From positions 18,478,001 to 18,542,000 of the forward strand of contig NC_086118.1 of NCBI RefSeq assembly GCF_963921235.1: 64,000 nt of DNA, written 5' to 3'. Position 1 is the first letter of the stretch, and each line of letters opens with the position of its first letter. The position numbers were made by a program, and so were the translations under genes. The notes below the pieces were generated by a model. That model was not told the origin of the DNA, did not search any database, and saw only the letters and a list, made by a program, of their open reading frames with translations. This DNA comes from Mobula hypostoma (lineage: Eukaryota). Positions 52,645-64,000 of this stretch are shown here, one piece after another.

Positions 52645-53370
52645 GATCGTGTGCCAATAAAGTGAGGCTTGGTTGTACATTAGATAAATATAATATAATG
52701 TAGGTCACATCCGGACCTTTTCCGGGTAGTGGGCGACTTCCTCCCACGCCATTCTGACATAGTTGGAATTTGCGTACGAGGCAAGTTACAGCAGTGGTTT
52801 GCCATTGCCTTCTGCCAGGTGAGTTTCTTTTCCAAAGAGATCACCAGCTCTTGACCCCGCACGGATGGAAAGCCTGCCAGGGAGAGCTGGCTGGATTTGA
52901 ACTTTGGAACCTCTGCCTCGCAGTCCAGCGCTGATGCCGCTATGCCATCAGCCGGCGTAGATAACTGACAGGAAATAATAAAGTCGAGGTGGAGTTAGTG
53001 GGTGGAGGTGTTGATCAGCCTTACTGCATGGCGAAAGTAATTGGCTTTGAGTCTGGTTGTACTGGCATGGATGCAGTGTAGCCTTCTCCCTGATGGGAGT
53101 GGGACTAGCAGTCCATGAGTAGGATGGGTGAGATCCTTTGTGATGTTTCTGACCCTTTTCTGGCACCTTTCTGTATATATGTCCTTGATGGTGGGTAGGT
53201 TGAAGCCAATGATCTTTTGCGCATTTTCGACTACCCATTGTAGAGCCTTCCTGTCTACTGCAGGACAGTTACCATACCAACCAGTGATGCAGCATGTCAG
53301 AATGCTCTCTACTGTGCATCTGTAGAATGATGAGTATGGTTGTGCAAAGTTCAGCTCCCTTCAGCCTCCT
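52645..53370 (-). mobile_element. Rex1-type LINE 3' fragment (SINE inserted in its 3' UTR)
   Basis: Minus strand FYRCTVESILTCCITGWYGNC, KALQWVVENAQKII. Confidence 0.75.
52706..52956 (-). mobile_element. tRNA-derived SINE with RTE-type segment
   Basis: Pol III A box TGGCATAGCGG (52947-52937) and B box GTTCAAATCC (52902-52893). Contains GAAGGCAATGGCAAACCACT, typical of RTE/BovB-partnered SINEs. Confidence 0.75.
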
Positions 53371-53399
53371 TGTGCCCATTCTAGACAGCTTTTGCCGTG

Positions 53400-53666
53400 T
53401 CCATTAGTCTCTCCAGGGCGCAGGCATGGGCAAGGTTGTATCGAAGACCAGCAGCTGCCCATGCTGCAAGTCTCCCCTCTCCACGCCACCAATATTGTCC
53501 AAGGGAAGGGCATTAGGACCCATACAGCTTGGCACCAGTGTTGTCCCAGAGCAATGTGTGATTAAGTGCCTTGCTCAAGAACACAACACACATTGCCTCA
53601 GCTGGGGCTCAAACTCACGACCTTCAGGTCACTAGTCCAATGCCTTAACCACTTGGCCACGTGCCC
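53400..53666 (-). mobile_element. tRNA-derived CORE-type SINE
   Basis: A box TGGCCAAGTGG, B-box-like GAGTTTGAGCCC, followed by CORE-like GTGTTCTTGAGCAAGGCACTTAA. Confidence 0.7.
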
Positions 53667-54223
53667 ACATGGTAAACATGAGGTCCACTGAAATCAAAAC
53701 AGGTAGTCTGTGTTACAAAGGAAATAGGGCCATTGATAAATGAAATAAAGGAGCTGTTGTTGCCCTAGTTATTGCCTGACTGTATGAAAACCTTGTCAAG
53801 TGGGGTCCTGGAGAATCTTTGGACATTGTGTTATGGCTGGACATCAAATCCAGAAATCATCTGTTGATATTCTCCTCTGTAATAGTTCCACCTCCACCTT
53901 GCATGCCACCAACTCCACCTCATACTGAAGACCTCTAGGCAAAGCTTGCCTTTCTGTGGGCTAGGTCATGAAGGATGCCACAGCTGATATTATTGCTTTC
54001 TGAGTTTTTCTGGAAAGAATTATAGGACACCTGTGGTGCAGTGCTGACTGTATATTTTCATTTGGAGGTCTGCAAATGGTATTCATGAAGGCCTGGTATC
54101 TCACGAAGACAAGTGTTGGGAACTAGGTGAGCCCTAGACCACGAGATGTGGGCCTTTGTGCAAAGTGGTAGCTGAAATATGGCAGTCAACACAGAATGCA
54201 CAACATAAAGGAGGCAAGCAATT

Positions 54224-55040
54224 CATAAAGACATAGAAAATAGGTGCAGGAGTAGGTCATTCGGCGCTTCGAGCCTGCACTGCCATTCAGTATGATCATG
54301 GCTGATCATCCAACTCAGAACCCTGCACCTGCTTTCTCTCCATACGCCCTGATCCCTTTAGCCACAAGGGCCATATCTAACTCCCTCTTAAATATAGCCA
54401 ATGACCTGGCCTCAACTGTTTCCTGTGGCAGAGAATCCCACAGATTCACCACTCTCTGTGTGAAGAAGTTTTTCCTCATCTCGGTCCTAAAAGGCTTCCC
54501 CTTTATCCTCAAACTGTGACCCCTCGTTCTGGACTTCCCCAACATCGGGAACAATCTTCCTGCATCTAGCCTGTCCAATCCCTTTAGAATTTTATACGTT
54601 TCAGTCGGATCCCCCCTCAATCTTCTAAATTCCAGAGAGTATAAGCCTAGTCGATCCAATCTTTCATCATATGAAAGTCCTGCCATCTCAGGAATCAATC
54701 TGGTGAGCCTTCGTTGTACTCCCTCTATGGCAAGAATGTCTTTCCTCAGATTAAGGGACCAAAACTGCACACAATACTCCAGGTGTGGTCTCATCAAGGC
54801 CTTGTACAACTGCAGTAGTACCTCCCTGCTCCTGTACTCGAATCCTCTTGCTTTGAATGCCAGCATACCATTCGCCTTTTTCACCGCCTGCTGTACCTTC
54901 ATGGCCACGTTCAATGACTGGTGTATAATGACACCCAGGTCTCGTTGCACCTCCCCTTTTCCTAATCGGCCACCATTCAGATAATAATCTATTTTCCTGT
55001 TCTTGCCATTCAGATAATAATCTGTTTTCGTGTTCATGCC
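54224..55040 (-). mobile_element. Young CR1 LINE, short 5'-truncated copy
   Basis: ORF 54315-55187 is CR1 ORF2 C-terminus. High identity to 1603-2390 and 32820-33595. Confidence 0.95.
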
Positions 55041-55438
55041 TTGAAGACCAGACAAATTTCTTCTCCTAATGATATGGATATTGATGGAGTGAGATTCCTT
55101 GCGATCCATGTCGAGCTTTAGGTTCTCAAGGGAAGTCCAAAGCATTATGAATGCAGGATGCATTCTCCAAATGTTTGGGATGTGCAATCCTCACAAGTCC
55201 ATATGCCAGTTTCTTTGAGCGAAAGGCACACTGCACTGAGCGGCCAACAGGGATATACTGTGAAATTACTGCTTGGCATCAATGGGAATGAGGAAATTCA
55301 TGGTGATATTAACTTCAATTTCCAGTGGCAAAATAGCCTGGGCATGGGGACATGATTAAGCTCTACCTATAGAAGATTACTAATCAGAATCCATTGACTT
55401 ACAAATTACTAGCTAGTTGATACAGAGTCACAGGATTA

Positions 55439-57047
55439 CAGTGCCAATAAAAAGCATTGCCCCCCCCCCCCCCCATGCTTGGAAGTTTTTATATTTTATT
55501 GTTTTACGACATTGATTTACAGTGGTTTAATTTGGGTTCTTGACTGATCAACAGAAAAAGACTCTTTGGGGGGGTGTCAGGTGAAAACAGATCTCTACAA
55601 AGTAATCTAAATTAAGTACAAACATAAAACATAAAACAATTGATTGCATAAGTATTCACCTTCCTTTAATATAACACACCAAATCATCACTGGTGCAGCC
55701 AACTGGGTTTAGAAGTCACATAATTAGTTAAATGGGGATCACTGTGTGCAGTGAAGGTGTTTGAATTGACTGTAGTAAAAATACACCTGCATCTGGAAGG
55801 TCAAACTGCTGGTGAGTCAGTATCCTGGCAAAAACTACACCACGAAGACAAAAGAACACTCCAAGCAACTCCATGAAAAGGTTATTGAAAAGCACAAGTC
55901 AGGAAATGAATACAAGAAAGTTTCCAAGTCACTGAATATCCCCTGGAGTACAGTTAAATCAATCATCAAGAAATGGAAAGAATATGGCACAGCTGTAAAT
56001 CTGCCTTGAGCAGGCCGTCCTCAAATACTGAGTGACCGTGCAAGAAGGGGACTAGTGAGGGAGGTTTCCAAAAGACCTATGACAACTCTAGAGGAGTTAC
56101 AAGCTTCAGTGACCGAGATGGGAGGGGCTGCGCGTACAACAACTGTTGCCCAGGTGCTTCACCAGTCACGGCTTTATGGGAGGGTGGCAAAGGGAAAGCC
56201 ACCGTTGGAAAAAATCTCACATGAAATCTCAGCTACAGTTTGCCAGAAGGTGGGAGATTCTGAAGTCAGCTGGAAGAAGGTTCTATGGTCTGATGAAACC
56301 AAAATTGAGCATTTTGGCCATCAGACTAAATACTGCACATCATCAAAAACAGACCACCCCAACTGTGAAGCATGGTGGTGCATCATGCTCTGGGGATGAT
56401 TCACTGCAGCAGGCCCTGGAAGGCTTGTGAAGGTAGAGGGTAAAATGAATGCAGCAAAATACAGGGAAATCCTGGATGAAAACTTGATGCAGTCTACAAG
56501 AGAACTGCGACTTGTGAAAAGATTTATTTTCCAGCACGACAATGACCCCAGCATAAAGTCAAAGCTACACAAGAATGGTTTAAAAACAAAGTTCATGTCG
56601 TGGAATGGTTAAGACAGAGTCCAGACTTCAATCCAATTGAGGATTTGTGGCTGGACTCAAAGGGCTATTGCCTGATCCCCATGCAATCTGACCCTGCTTG
56701 AGGACTTTTGTAAAGATGAATGAGGAAAAATTGCAGTGTCCAGATGTGCAAAGCTGATAGAGACCTATCCACACAAAGTCAAGGCTGTAATTGCTGAGCA
56801 AGGTGCATTTGCTAAATACTGACTTGAAGGGGGTGAATACTTATGCGATCAATCATTTTGTGTTTTATATTTGTGTTTAATGTAGGTCACTTTGTAGAGA
56901 TCAGTTTTCACTTTGACAAGAAATAGTCTTTTACTGTTGATCAGTGTAAAAAAAGCCACATTAAATCCATTGTGATTCAATGTTGTAAAACAATAAAGCA
57001 TGAAAATTTCCAAGGGGGAGTGGGGTGAATCCCTTTCATCGGCACTG
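55439..57047 (+). mobile_element. Full-length Tc1 transposon (1609 bp, long IR/DR-type TIRs), inactive
   Basis: TA|CAGTGCC ... GGCACTG|TA. ~225-bp imperfect inverted repeats (55439-~55665, ~56825-57047). Confidence 0.95.
55842..56822 (+). pseudogene. Tc1 DD34E-type transposase pseudogene
   Basis: Start mutated to ACG (55842). KTKEHSKQL..STVKSIIKKWKEYG, GRP, WSDETKIE, FQHDNDP, SPDFNPIE, ..KY*. Several stops and frameshifts. Confidence 0.9.
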
Positions 57048-57747
57048 TATACAGCACAGAAACAGGACATTTGGACCAATTCATCCATGCCAGCCAAGTT
57101 GCCTAACTGAATTCATCCAACTTTCCTGCATTTGGCCCAGTTCTCTCTGAACCTTTCCTAAACCTTTGATTGGTAAATGCAGAAGAGGTGTAGTGGTAAA
57201 AGAAACTCTGCCCATGATTGAATAGCAGAGCAGACTCAATGGACTGAATGGCCCACTTCTGCCTCTATGTCTTATGGGCTATCCATGTACCTGTCTAAAT
57301 GCCTTTTAAATGTTGTCATGTTGCTTCTTGGAGATCTGAAACTGAAGTCTAGCTTCTGTTCCCCTGAGCAGTGGAATGAAAGGTTATGAGGCTTCCTTAT
57401 TTCCTCTGACAGGGTCCATGCACCTCTGCTGACTGTAGCCCCGGTTCATTCAGAACTGCCATCAAAACCACAACTAAAAATCCCATGGCAATGCGGCAAT
57501 GCACATTACCCAGACATGTGCAGACAGGTTTTAGTCATCTCCTGATTCCTCAGGGATTCTTGAAAGATCAGTGCAACACCCAGGAGAAGTGACATATGCC
57601 TCAGTATAAATTAGCACAGGTATTTTGAACATAGTGGTATAAACACAAGTCCCTCTGAGTGCCTCATATCACTTATAAAACAGAAAAAAATATTATTTTC
57701 AATCATAGCTCTCCCTCTCAGTGTTGCATGACAGATTATATAATTCT

Positions 57748-57943
57748 GTAAACACAAGAGATTCTGCAGATGCTGGAAATGTAGAGCAACATATACACAA
57801 TACTGAAGGAACAACAAGTCAGACAGGATCTCTGGAGAGGACTGAATCCTGATGGAGGATCTCGGCCCAAAACAATAACTGTTTATTCCTTCCATAGATG
57901 CTGTCGGACCTGCTAAATTCCTCCAGCATTTTTTTGTGTGCTA
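57748..57943. mobile_element. Short Penelope insertion: inverted pLTR plus sense pLTR
   Basis: TSD ATATAATTCT (57738-57747, 57944-57953). Sense half starts TCCTGATGGAGGATCTCGGCCCAAAAC. Confidence 0.75.
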
Positions 57944-58759
57944 ATATAATTCTATGGTAACTCTGTGCACTATGACAAATGACTGTGCTTCTACGAATAA
58001 CACAAAAACATTGAAGTTAATGCTCAAAAATACAACATCATATCACTCATTCTGTAGACCCAGAATACAGGACCCCTTTACATGTTGAATTATCTACATT
58101 TGACATTAAGGCTCAATCTTAATTTCTCCCAAATTTGAAACAAGAATACTACTGTATTTGAATGATGGAAGCTAGTTACAGGCAATTTTACAAAGTAAAA
58201 CTACAAATTCATGTGTAACAATTACCAGGATGTTCTCAAACAGATTACATAACATATTAAACGCATACTGTTTGTTTTTAAGAATTTGCAAATTACTTCT
58301 TTGTAAGGGTGAAAAGTGGGATTGTTAAAATATGGAGATCCCAGTTGGTGGTAGCATTCTTTGGACATGTAAACAGTCCATCAAAATAACAGATTTTTCT
58401 CACTCAACTACCTTACCAATAGGAACTGAGAGCCCTTTCCCAACATGTGCATGCTGTTCAGTCCTCTGCAGGTAGTAAAAACGGAATAAAGTTTTCACAT
58501 GAAAACATACCCACTTCATTATGTCATTCTGTCACTTTATTTTATGCAGTTGTGAAGATCTATCAGTGCAACACATCTGAAGATGTGCATATTACAGTTA
58601 GGCGCCTGATGGTAAGGTTCAATAATAGTAAAAACTCACTGCAAAATTTTGCAGAGAGAGAAAGAATGTACTTACACCCAATAAGTCATCCACAATGTCT
58701 GCCAGCTTGAGCAAAATTCCACCCCCAGATATATATTGCCCTCCTTTTCCTTTCAGGAC

Positions 58760-59980
58760 TGGGTCCAGAACTGTTCACGATATACATTAACAATTTGGAA
58801 GAAGGAATCAGGCATAGTTTATCTAAGATAGATGATGGCACTAAATGGAAGGGAAAAGCAAATTATGTAGTGGATGCGGAGCCTCCGCAGGGATCTGTAG
58901 ATAGGTTGTGAGTGGGCAAAGGTCTGGCAGGTGGAGTACTAATTTGGCAAATGTGGGGTCAAGCACCTTGGAAGGAAAAAAATATAAGATCAGATTATTA
59001 GTTAAATGGTGAAAGATTGTAACATGCTGTTGTGCAGAGGGGCTTGTGTGTGTTTGTACTTGAATCGTAAAAGGCTAGTTTGCAGGTGCAACAGGTTATC
59101 GAGAAAGCAAATGGCCTTCATAATGAGAAGGATTGAATTTAAGAGTAGGGGATTGCACTGAAACATTAGAGGGTACTGGTAAGGCTGCATCTGGAGTACT
59201 GCATGTTGTTCTAGTCTCCTTACTTGAGGAAAGATATACTGGTTTTGGAGGTGGTTCAGGTGGTTATGTTTTGCAACTCAAAACATAAAATGAATTGGAA
59301 GAAAAACAAGGGAGTCAAGAGATGCGAGACTTAGTTCAATTTCTGTTTTAAGTAAAGTGCACACAATCATGTGTTGTCGTGATGACGTATGCCATTTATG
59401 TGCTTTTACAGATAACCCGCATGCATTATGTAAACAACAAAAACACACCTAATCAATCAATATATTTACAACATTACCGAAATCTTAAATACACAACACA
59501 GGTTGACGCTGAAATGAGGGGTGTTAGCATACGAACAGAGATCAAGTCCCCTGGGACTATACATGCTGGAGTTCAGAAGAATAAGAGGGAATCTTACAGA
59601 AACATATGTAATCATGAAAGGGATAAATAAGATAAAGGCAGGAAAGCTGTTTCCACTCGGGAGTGAGGATAAAATGAGGGGACATGATCTCAAATTCAGG
59701 GGAATGGATTTAGGATAGAGATGGAGAGAAACTATTTTTTCCAGTGAGTAATGCATCTGTAGAATTCTCTACTCAGGGAAGCAACAGAGGCTACCTCATT
59801 AAATATACTTAAGACATAGTTAAATAGTTTTTGCACAGCAGGTGAATTAAGTGTTATAGGGAAAAGACAGGTAAACGGAACTGTTTCCAGGCCATATCAG
59901 CCATAATCTTATTGAATGGCAGGTCAAGCTTGATGGCTAGATGGCCTATTCCTGTTTCTATTTCATATGCTCTATGTTCT
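58760..59980 (+). mobile_element. Old CR1 3' portion interrupted by a solo LTR
   Basis: LGPELFTIYINNL, DYY.NGE.L, LEFRRIRGNLTETYVIMKG, RGHDLK. TTCTAT-type tail. Confidence 0.8.
59262..59498 (-). mobile_element. Solo LTR related to the Mag-like Gypsy at 24354-27095
   Basis: Revcomp aligns with 26855-27095 (TTGTTGTTTACATAAT..GGGTTAT.TGTAAAAG..AATGGCA.ACGTCAT..TTTATGTTTTG.AGTT). Begins TG. 5-bp TSD CAGGT (59257-59261, 59499-59503). Confidence 0.85.
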
Positions 59981-60074
59981 TATCATTTCAACAAGATTGC
60001 TCACTTCATGACTCCATTCCCATCTACCAGTCGCATAGCACTGTCCTTTAATCGCTTCCCGTCCTACCATCCAG

Positions 60075-60750
60075 GGACCAAAACTATCCGGGTGAAAAAT
60101 TCATTTGTACTTCTTCCAATCTAGTGCACTCCAGTCATTGTTCACAATGCAGCCTTCTCTACGTTGCAGAAAGGCAACATAGATTGGGTGATCATTTTGC
60201 GGAACACCTGAGTGCAGTGTACAGGAGTGACCCTGAGTTTCTGGTCACATTATTTCAGTTTTCCATTCCAGATCCACTCTGACCTTTTTAATCTGTGACC
60301 TCATGCAATGTTATGACAAGGCCTAATGAAAGCCAGAAGAAAGCATTTCATCTTCTGTCGGCATGTGTTCCAGCCTTCCTGAATCGACAATCAATTTTCC
60401 AATTTAACTCATTCTTTCGTTTTACCTGAATCAGAACTGGCCACTTCTGCCTGTCATAATTTACTCTGTTTTTTTCTTTATTAATATTATTGTTTGGCTT
60501 GTTGGAACTGTCTCTCAATCTTACTATTAACCACACAACACACAAACAAGGAAACATAATGTTCTTCACAGCTACTCTAAATCCTCCCCCCAACCCATTT
60601 GAGATATTCTTTCTCTCCCCACCACACCTTCTCTATTACTGAAAATTCATTGACTTTGCTCTCTTACTTGGTTTTGATGAAGGGTACAGAATTTCTTTCC
60701 ATCAATATTTTCTACCCTTCTGAATATTTCTGGCATTTTCTGTTTTTACT
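60075..60750 (+). mobile_element. Old Penelope fragment (GIY-YIG region and decayed pLTR)
   Basis: CSQCSLLYVAE..RLGDHFAEHL. TTTTGATGAAGGG at ~60672. Confidence 0.6.
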
Positions 60751-62684
60751 TCATACTTACAGTCAAATAAATCTGATTTTGGCAGATCTGTAAGATTTCT
60801 CCTTTTGGTTTTAACCTGTAGAATGATTATATAAGAACATTTAAATGCATTTGCCTGAATTGTTTTGTTATCTATTTCAATTGTGGGGTCAACCGATTTA
60901 CTTTTATGTTAAAATAGCAGAGGGAAGAAATGTTGTCGAACAATTAAATATGCCTAATCTGTTATCATCCAGTGCATACAGAAGATTCATTTGAAAGTGA
61001 GCCTTAGACTTTTGTAGTTTAATTTATTTTATGGAATTGTTTAGATGTGTTAATGACAGCAGAGATGTTGAGCCTGTATATTGTTAAAACAAAAAGAAGT
61101 CATTAGCACCCTGAACATTTCTATTGAAGGGGTGGGGTGAGGAGGGAAGGTCAGGTATGGAAGTTGAGAAATTTAACATACCAAGGGATCCAAGTTCTCT
61201 GTATCTTTGGGGAAACCTCTCAACGTTTTTGGCTTCCCAGTCCAGATATGCAATTTTTTCCTTATGGCTTGCTGGTTTGGAATATTGGAAAGAATCTCGG
61301 AAACAGTCTAGAAAAAAGGAAAAGGATTGGAGTCAATTCTGCCCGTCAAGAAAGACTGGCACATATCAACAGAAAGTGGAGTCTGTGTTAGGATCAAACC
61401 TTTGGTTTGAAAATACGCTATTTTCTTTCCCTTCACAAATACAGGTGCAAGATAATTTGATGTGTCACTGATAGCTGGAGCAGCTTTAAGTGAGTAACAA
61501 CCAGTCTTGATGATTTTCCTTTTGCTTTTACAGGATTACCATGCAGCTGATTTATGCTTCCTTTGGGAACACTTGCCGGTTCCATCATTAATCAGCTCAA
61601 AGCCAGATCACATAGCTGTTGCCCTACTTTGAGATTTGTTGCACATTTATAATTTAAAGAAGCATGTTATGATTTATATGTGCCCAGGGCATTATGTTGT
61701 ATTTGCATATTTTAGTGGTTTCCATATGCAAATTATCACAAAAATCTCATAATTGAGCTAACATTCTATATGTGCTAACATTTTTCATTCTGTAAATAAT
61801 GGTGACCTTCCTGTTATTGCTGAACATGCTTACTTCCCAGCATTGGAGACGTGCTCATTTTTTGCCTTCAAATGTCATAATGTATTTCCAGTTCTGGTAT
61901 GGAGTTGTGTCCTCTGCTACCATGGTGACTGCAATTTTTTTCATCTGAGAATAGTCAGGATTATTTAAGACCACAACTCTAAGAGTAGCCAGGGAATGAC
62001 CATGAACAAAGTCAGCAGTGATGACAGAAGACCAGATTAGATTTTGAAGTCAACTTTGCCAAGTTTTCAAGTACAGAATAGGCTTTTCAAAAAAAAATGT
62101 TGGATATAGAAGTTCAGCTGTGATATTATTGAATAGTGGAGGAGGCCAAGGGTGCCAATTGGTTGACTTCTGCTATTTCTTACTTTGTCTGTCCAATACC
62201 AACTTTCTGGGGTTGCTTGAAGTACCCTTTTATAAATGTAGTCATATTTAAGTTATAGATGTGCAAGTCCCAAATAACTAATTGAAGTTGTGGAGTAACT
62301 ACCTGAAACTTCTGCTACTTTGATCACTGTGAAGCAGTACAAAGCATGCCTGAAGAAATTCTTAAAGGGGAAGGTGACTTTTAGTACAAAATCAGCAAAC
62401 TGTTACTTTGCTGTGGAAAGATTATCAATTTGGAATTTTTATTCAGAGTATATTCTGAATTTTATTCAGTATATATACACATACACACACATACATATAT
62501 ACATATACCACCGATCTTCAGTAGTTACGTTCTCTAGATTTGTGTGGTACCAAACAATAGTTTAATTTACAATCTACTTATGATGTAAATGTCATGGGGA
62601 GTCAAAGTCAAAGTCATTATGATCTCTTCTGTCTATGGCATGTTACTAAATAATATGCTGCTTACACACAGCATAGTGATTGTC

Positions 62685-63365
62685 ATCTCACCCCTGTTGA
62701 CATCAATGGATCTGGGGTTGAGAGGGTGAAAAGCTTCAAAGTTACACATTACCGAGGATCTCACTTGGTCTGTACCTACTAGCTGTGTGATGAAAAAAGC
62801 ACAACAGCACCATTTTATTTCAGACGGTTGAAAAAGTTCAGCATGAGTCCCCAAATCCTAAATATTTTCTACAGGGGCACAATTGAGAGCATCCTTACTG
62901 GCTGTATCACTGCCTGGTATGGGAACTGTACTTCCCTCAATCACAGGGCTTTGCAGAGAGTGGTGCGGACAGCCCAGCGCATCTGTGGATGTGAACTTCC
63001 CACTATTCAGGACATCTACAGTGACAGGTGCGTAAAAAGGACTAGAAGGATCATTGGGGACTCGAATCACCCCAACCACAAACTGTTCCAGCTGCTACCA
63101 TCCAGGAAATGGCACCGCAGCATTAAACCCTGTACCAACAGACTCCGGGACAGCTTCTTCCTTCAGGTCATCAGACTGATTAATTCACACTGACACAGTT
63201 GTACTTCTAAGCTATATTGACTGTTCTGTTGTATATCTTACTGTACATACTACTTATTGCAAGTTACTATAATTTGCATATTGCACATTCGGATGGAGAT
63301 GTAACGTAAAGATTTTTACTCCTCACGTATGTGAAGGATGTAAGAAATAAAATCAATTCAATTCA
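62685..63365 (+). mobile_element. Rex1-type LINE 3' fragment
   Basis: ORF 62828-63193: FYRGTIESILTGCITAWYGNC, LQRVVRTAQRI, LFQLLPS, RLRDSFF. Tail AATAAAATCAATTCAATTCAA. Confidence 0.9.
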
Positions 63366-63702
63366 ACAAACGGTAACTGATATCTCCTTCGTCAAAGGAC
63401 TCCCCTCCCACTATTAAGTAATGAAAACATTTTTATTGCTGCTTGTGAGAAATTCCATGGTTTGGCTGATGAAGAGTTTCAAATGGTTTTGCCATTTTCA
63501 TATTGTCCTCCCCTTTTCGGACTCAACAATTCACAGAGTGCCTCTGCATGTGCTTGCTAACCAAGGTGATGTGTACTGCTGCCACAGTCCAAACCGCCAG
63601 CAAGCATTTAATGACTGAAGTCCACGCCTATAATGACACAAAGGTAAAAATGTTAGAAAGTTTGCCGCTTGTCATGGCTTCACAGCGAGACTACATTACA
63701 TA

Positions 63703-64000
63703 TACTCAGTGGCCACTTTATTAGTACTTTCTGTACCCACTAAGTGTGAGGTCGTGGTCTTCTGCTGCTGTAGTCCATCCACTGCCGTAACTACTGTTGT
63801 TACAGTCACCTTCCTATAAGCTTGAACCACTCTGGCCATTCTCCTCTGACCTCTTATTAACAAAACATTTTCACCCACAGAACGACCCCTCACTGGATGT
63901 TTTCTTTTTCTTTTCATGCCATTTTCTAAACCCTTGAGACTGTAGTGCATGAAAATCCCAGGAGATCAGCAGTTTCTGAAATACTCAAACCATCCTGCCT
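63703..64000 (-). mobile_element. Non-autonomous Tc1-derived element (runs off the window end)
   Basis: TIR ACTCAGTGGCCACTTTATTAG after TA. Revcomp matches 4650-4930 (GQRRMARVVQAYRKVTV). Confidence 0.8.

Noticed and set aside
53595..53666. tRNA gene (also 52885-52956)
   Set aside because: A and B boxes are present, but there is no complete acceptor stem and the sequence continues into a SINE body.
54315..55187. 290-aa ORF as a host gene
   Set aside because: It is CR1 ORF2 C-terminus plus chance read-in from flanking DNA, with no independent gene evidence.
61445..61615. Two strong-looking splice acceptors and a GTGAGT donor
   Set aside because: The first segment has stops in all three frames and the implied intron is only ~44 bp. 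A non-coding exon cannot be excluded.
62471..62508. (TA/CA) mixed microsatellite
   Set aside because: Ordinary short simple repeat.

Overview
This is AT-rich, CpG-depleted vertebrate genomic DNA, intronic or intergenic. The repeat repertoire suggests a cartilaginous fish, probably a ray; that assignment is inference. Roughly half the window is transposable elements, many of them nested. Retroelements: three young, near-identical CR1 LINE copies plus older CR1s, many decayed Rex1/Babar LINEs, an L2, several Penelope-like elements and solo pseudo-LTRs carrying a minimal hammerhead-ribozyme motif, a Mag-type Gypsy provirus lacking RT/RNase H plus a solo LTR, and tRNA-derived SINEs. DNA transposons: a full-length dead Tc1, a Tc1-derived non-autonomous family, three hAT/Charlie elements and a Harbinger-type MITE. 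I cannot identify any intact host protein-coding gene; nearly all listed ORFs are TE fragments or their antisense shadows. The most notable observations are four. (1) A hidden R4/Dong-clade retrotransposon bounded by (TAA)n at both ends. (2) A promoter-like cassette shared by MITEs of two unrelated DNA-transposon superfamilies. (3) Hammerhead-bearing ultra-short Penelope pLTR insertions. (4) A locally templated 34-bp filler at a Penelope junction. Boundaries of old elements are approximate (about 20-50 bp). Family names come from motif recognition, not database searches.
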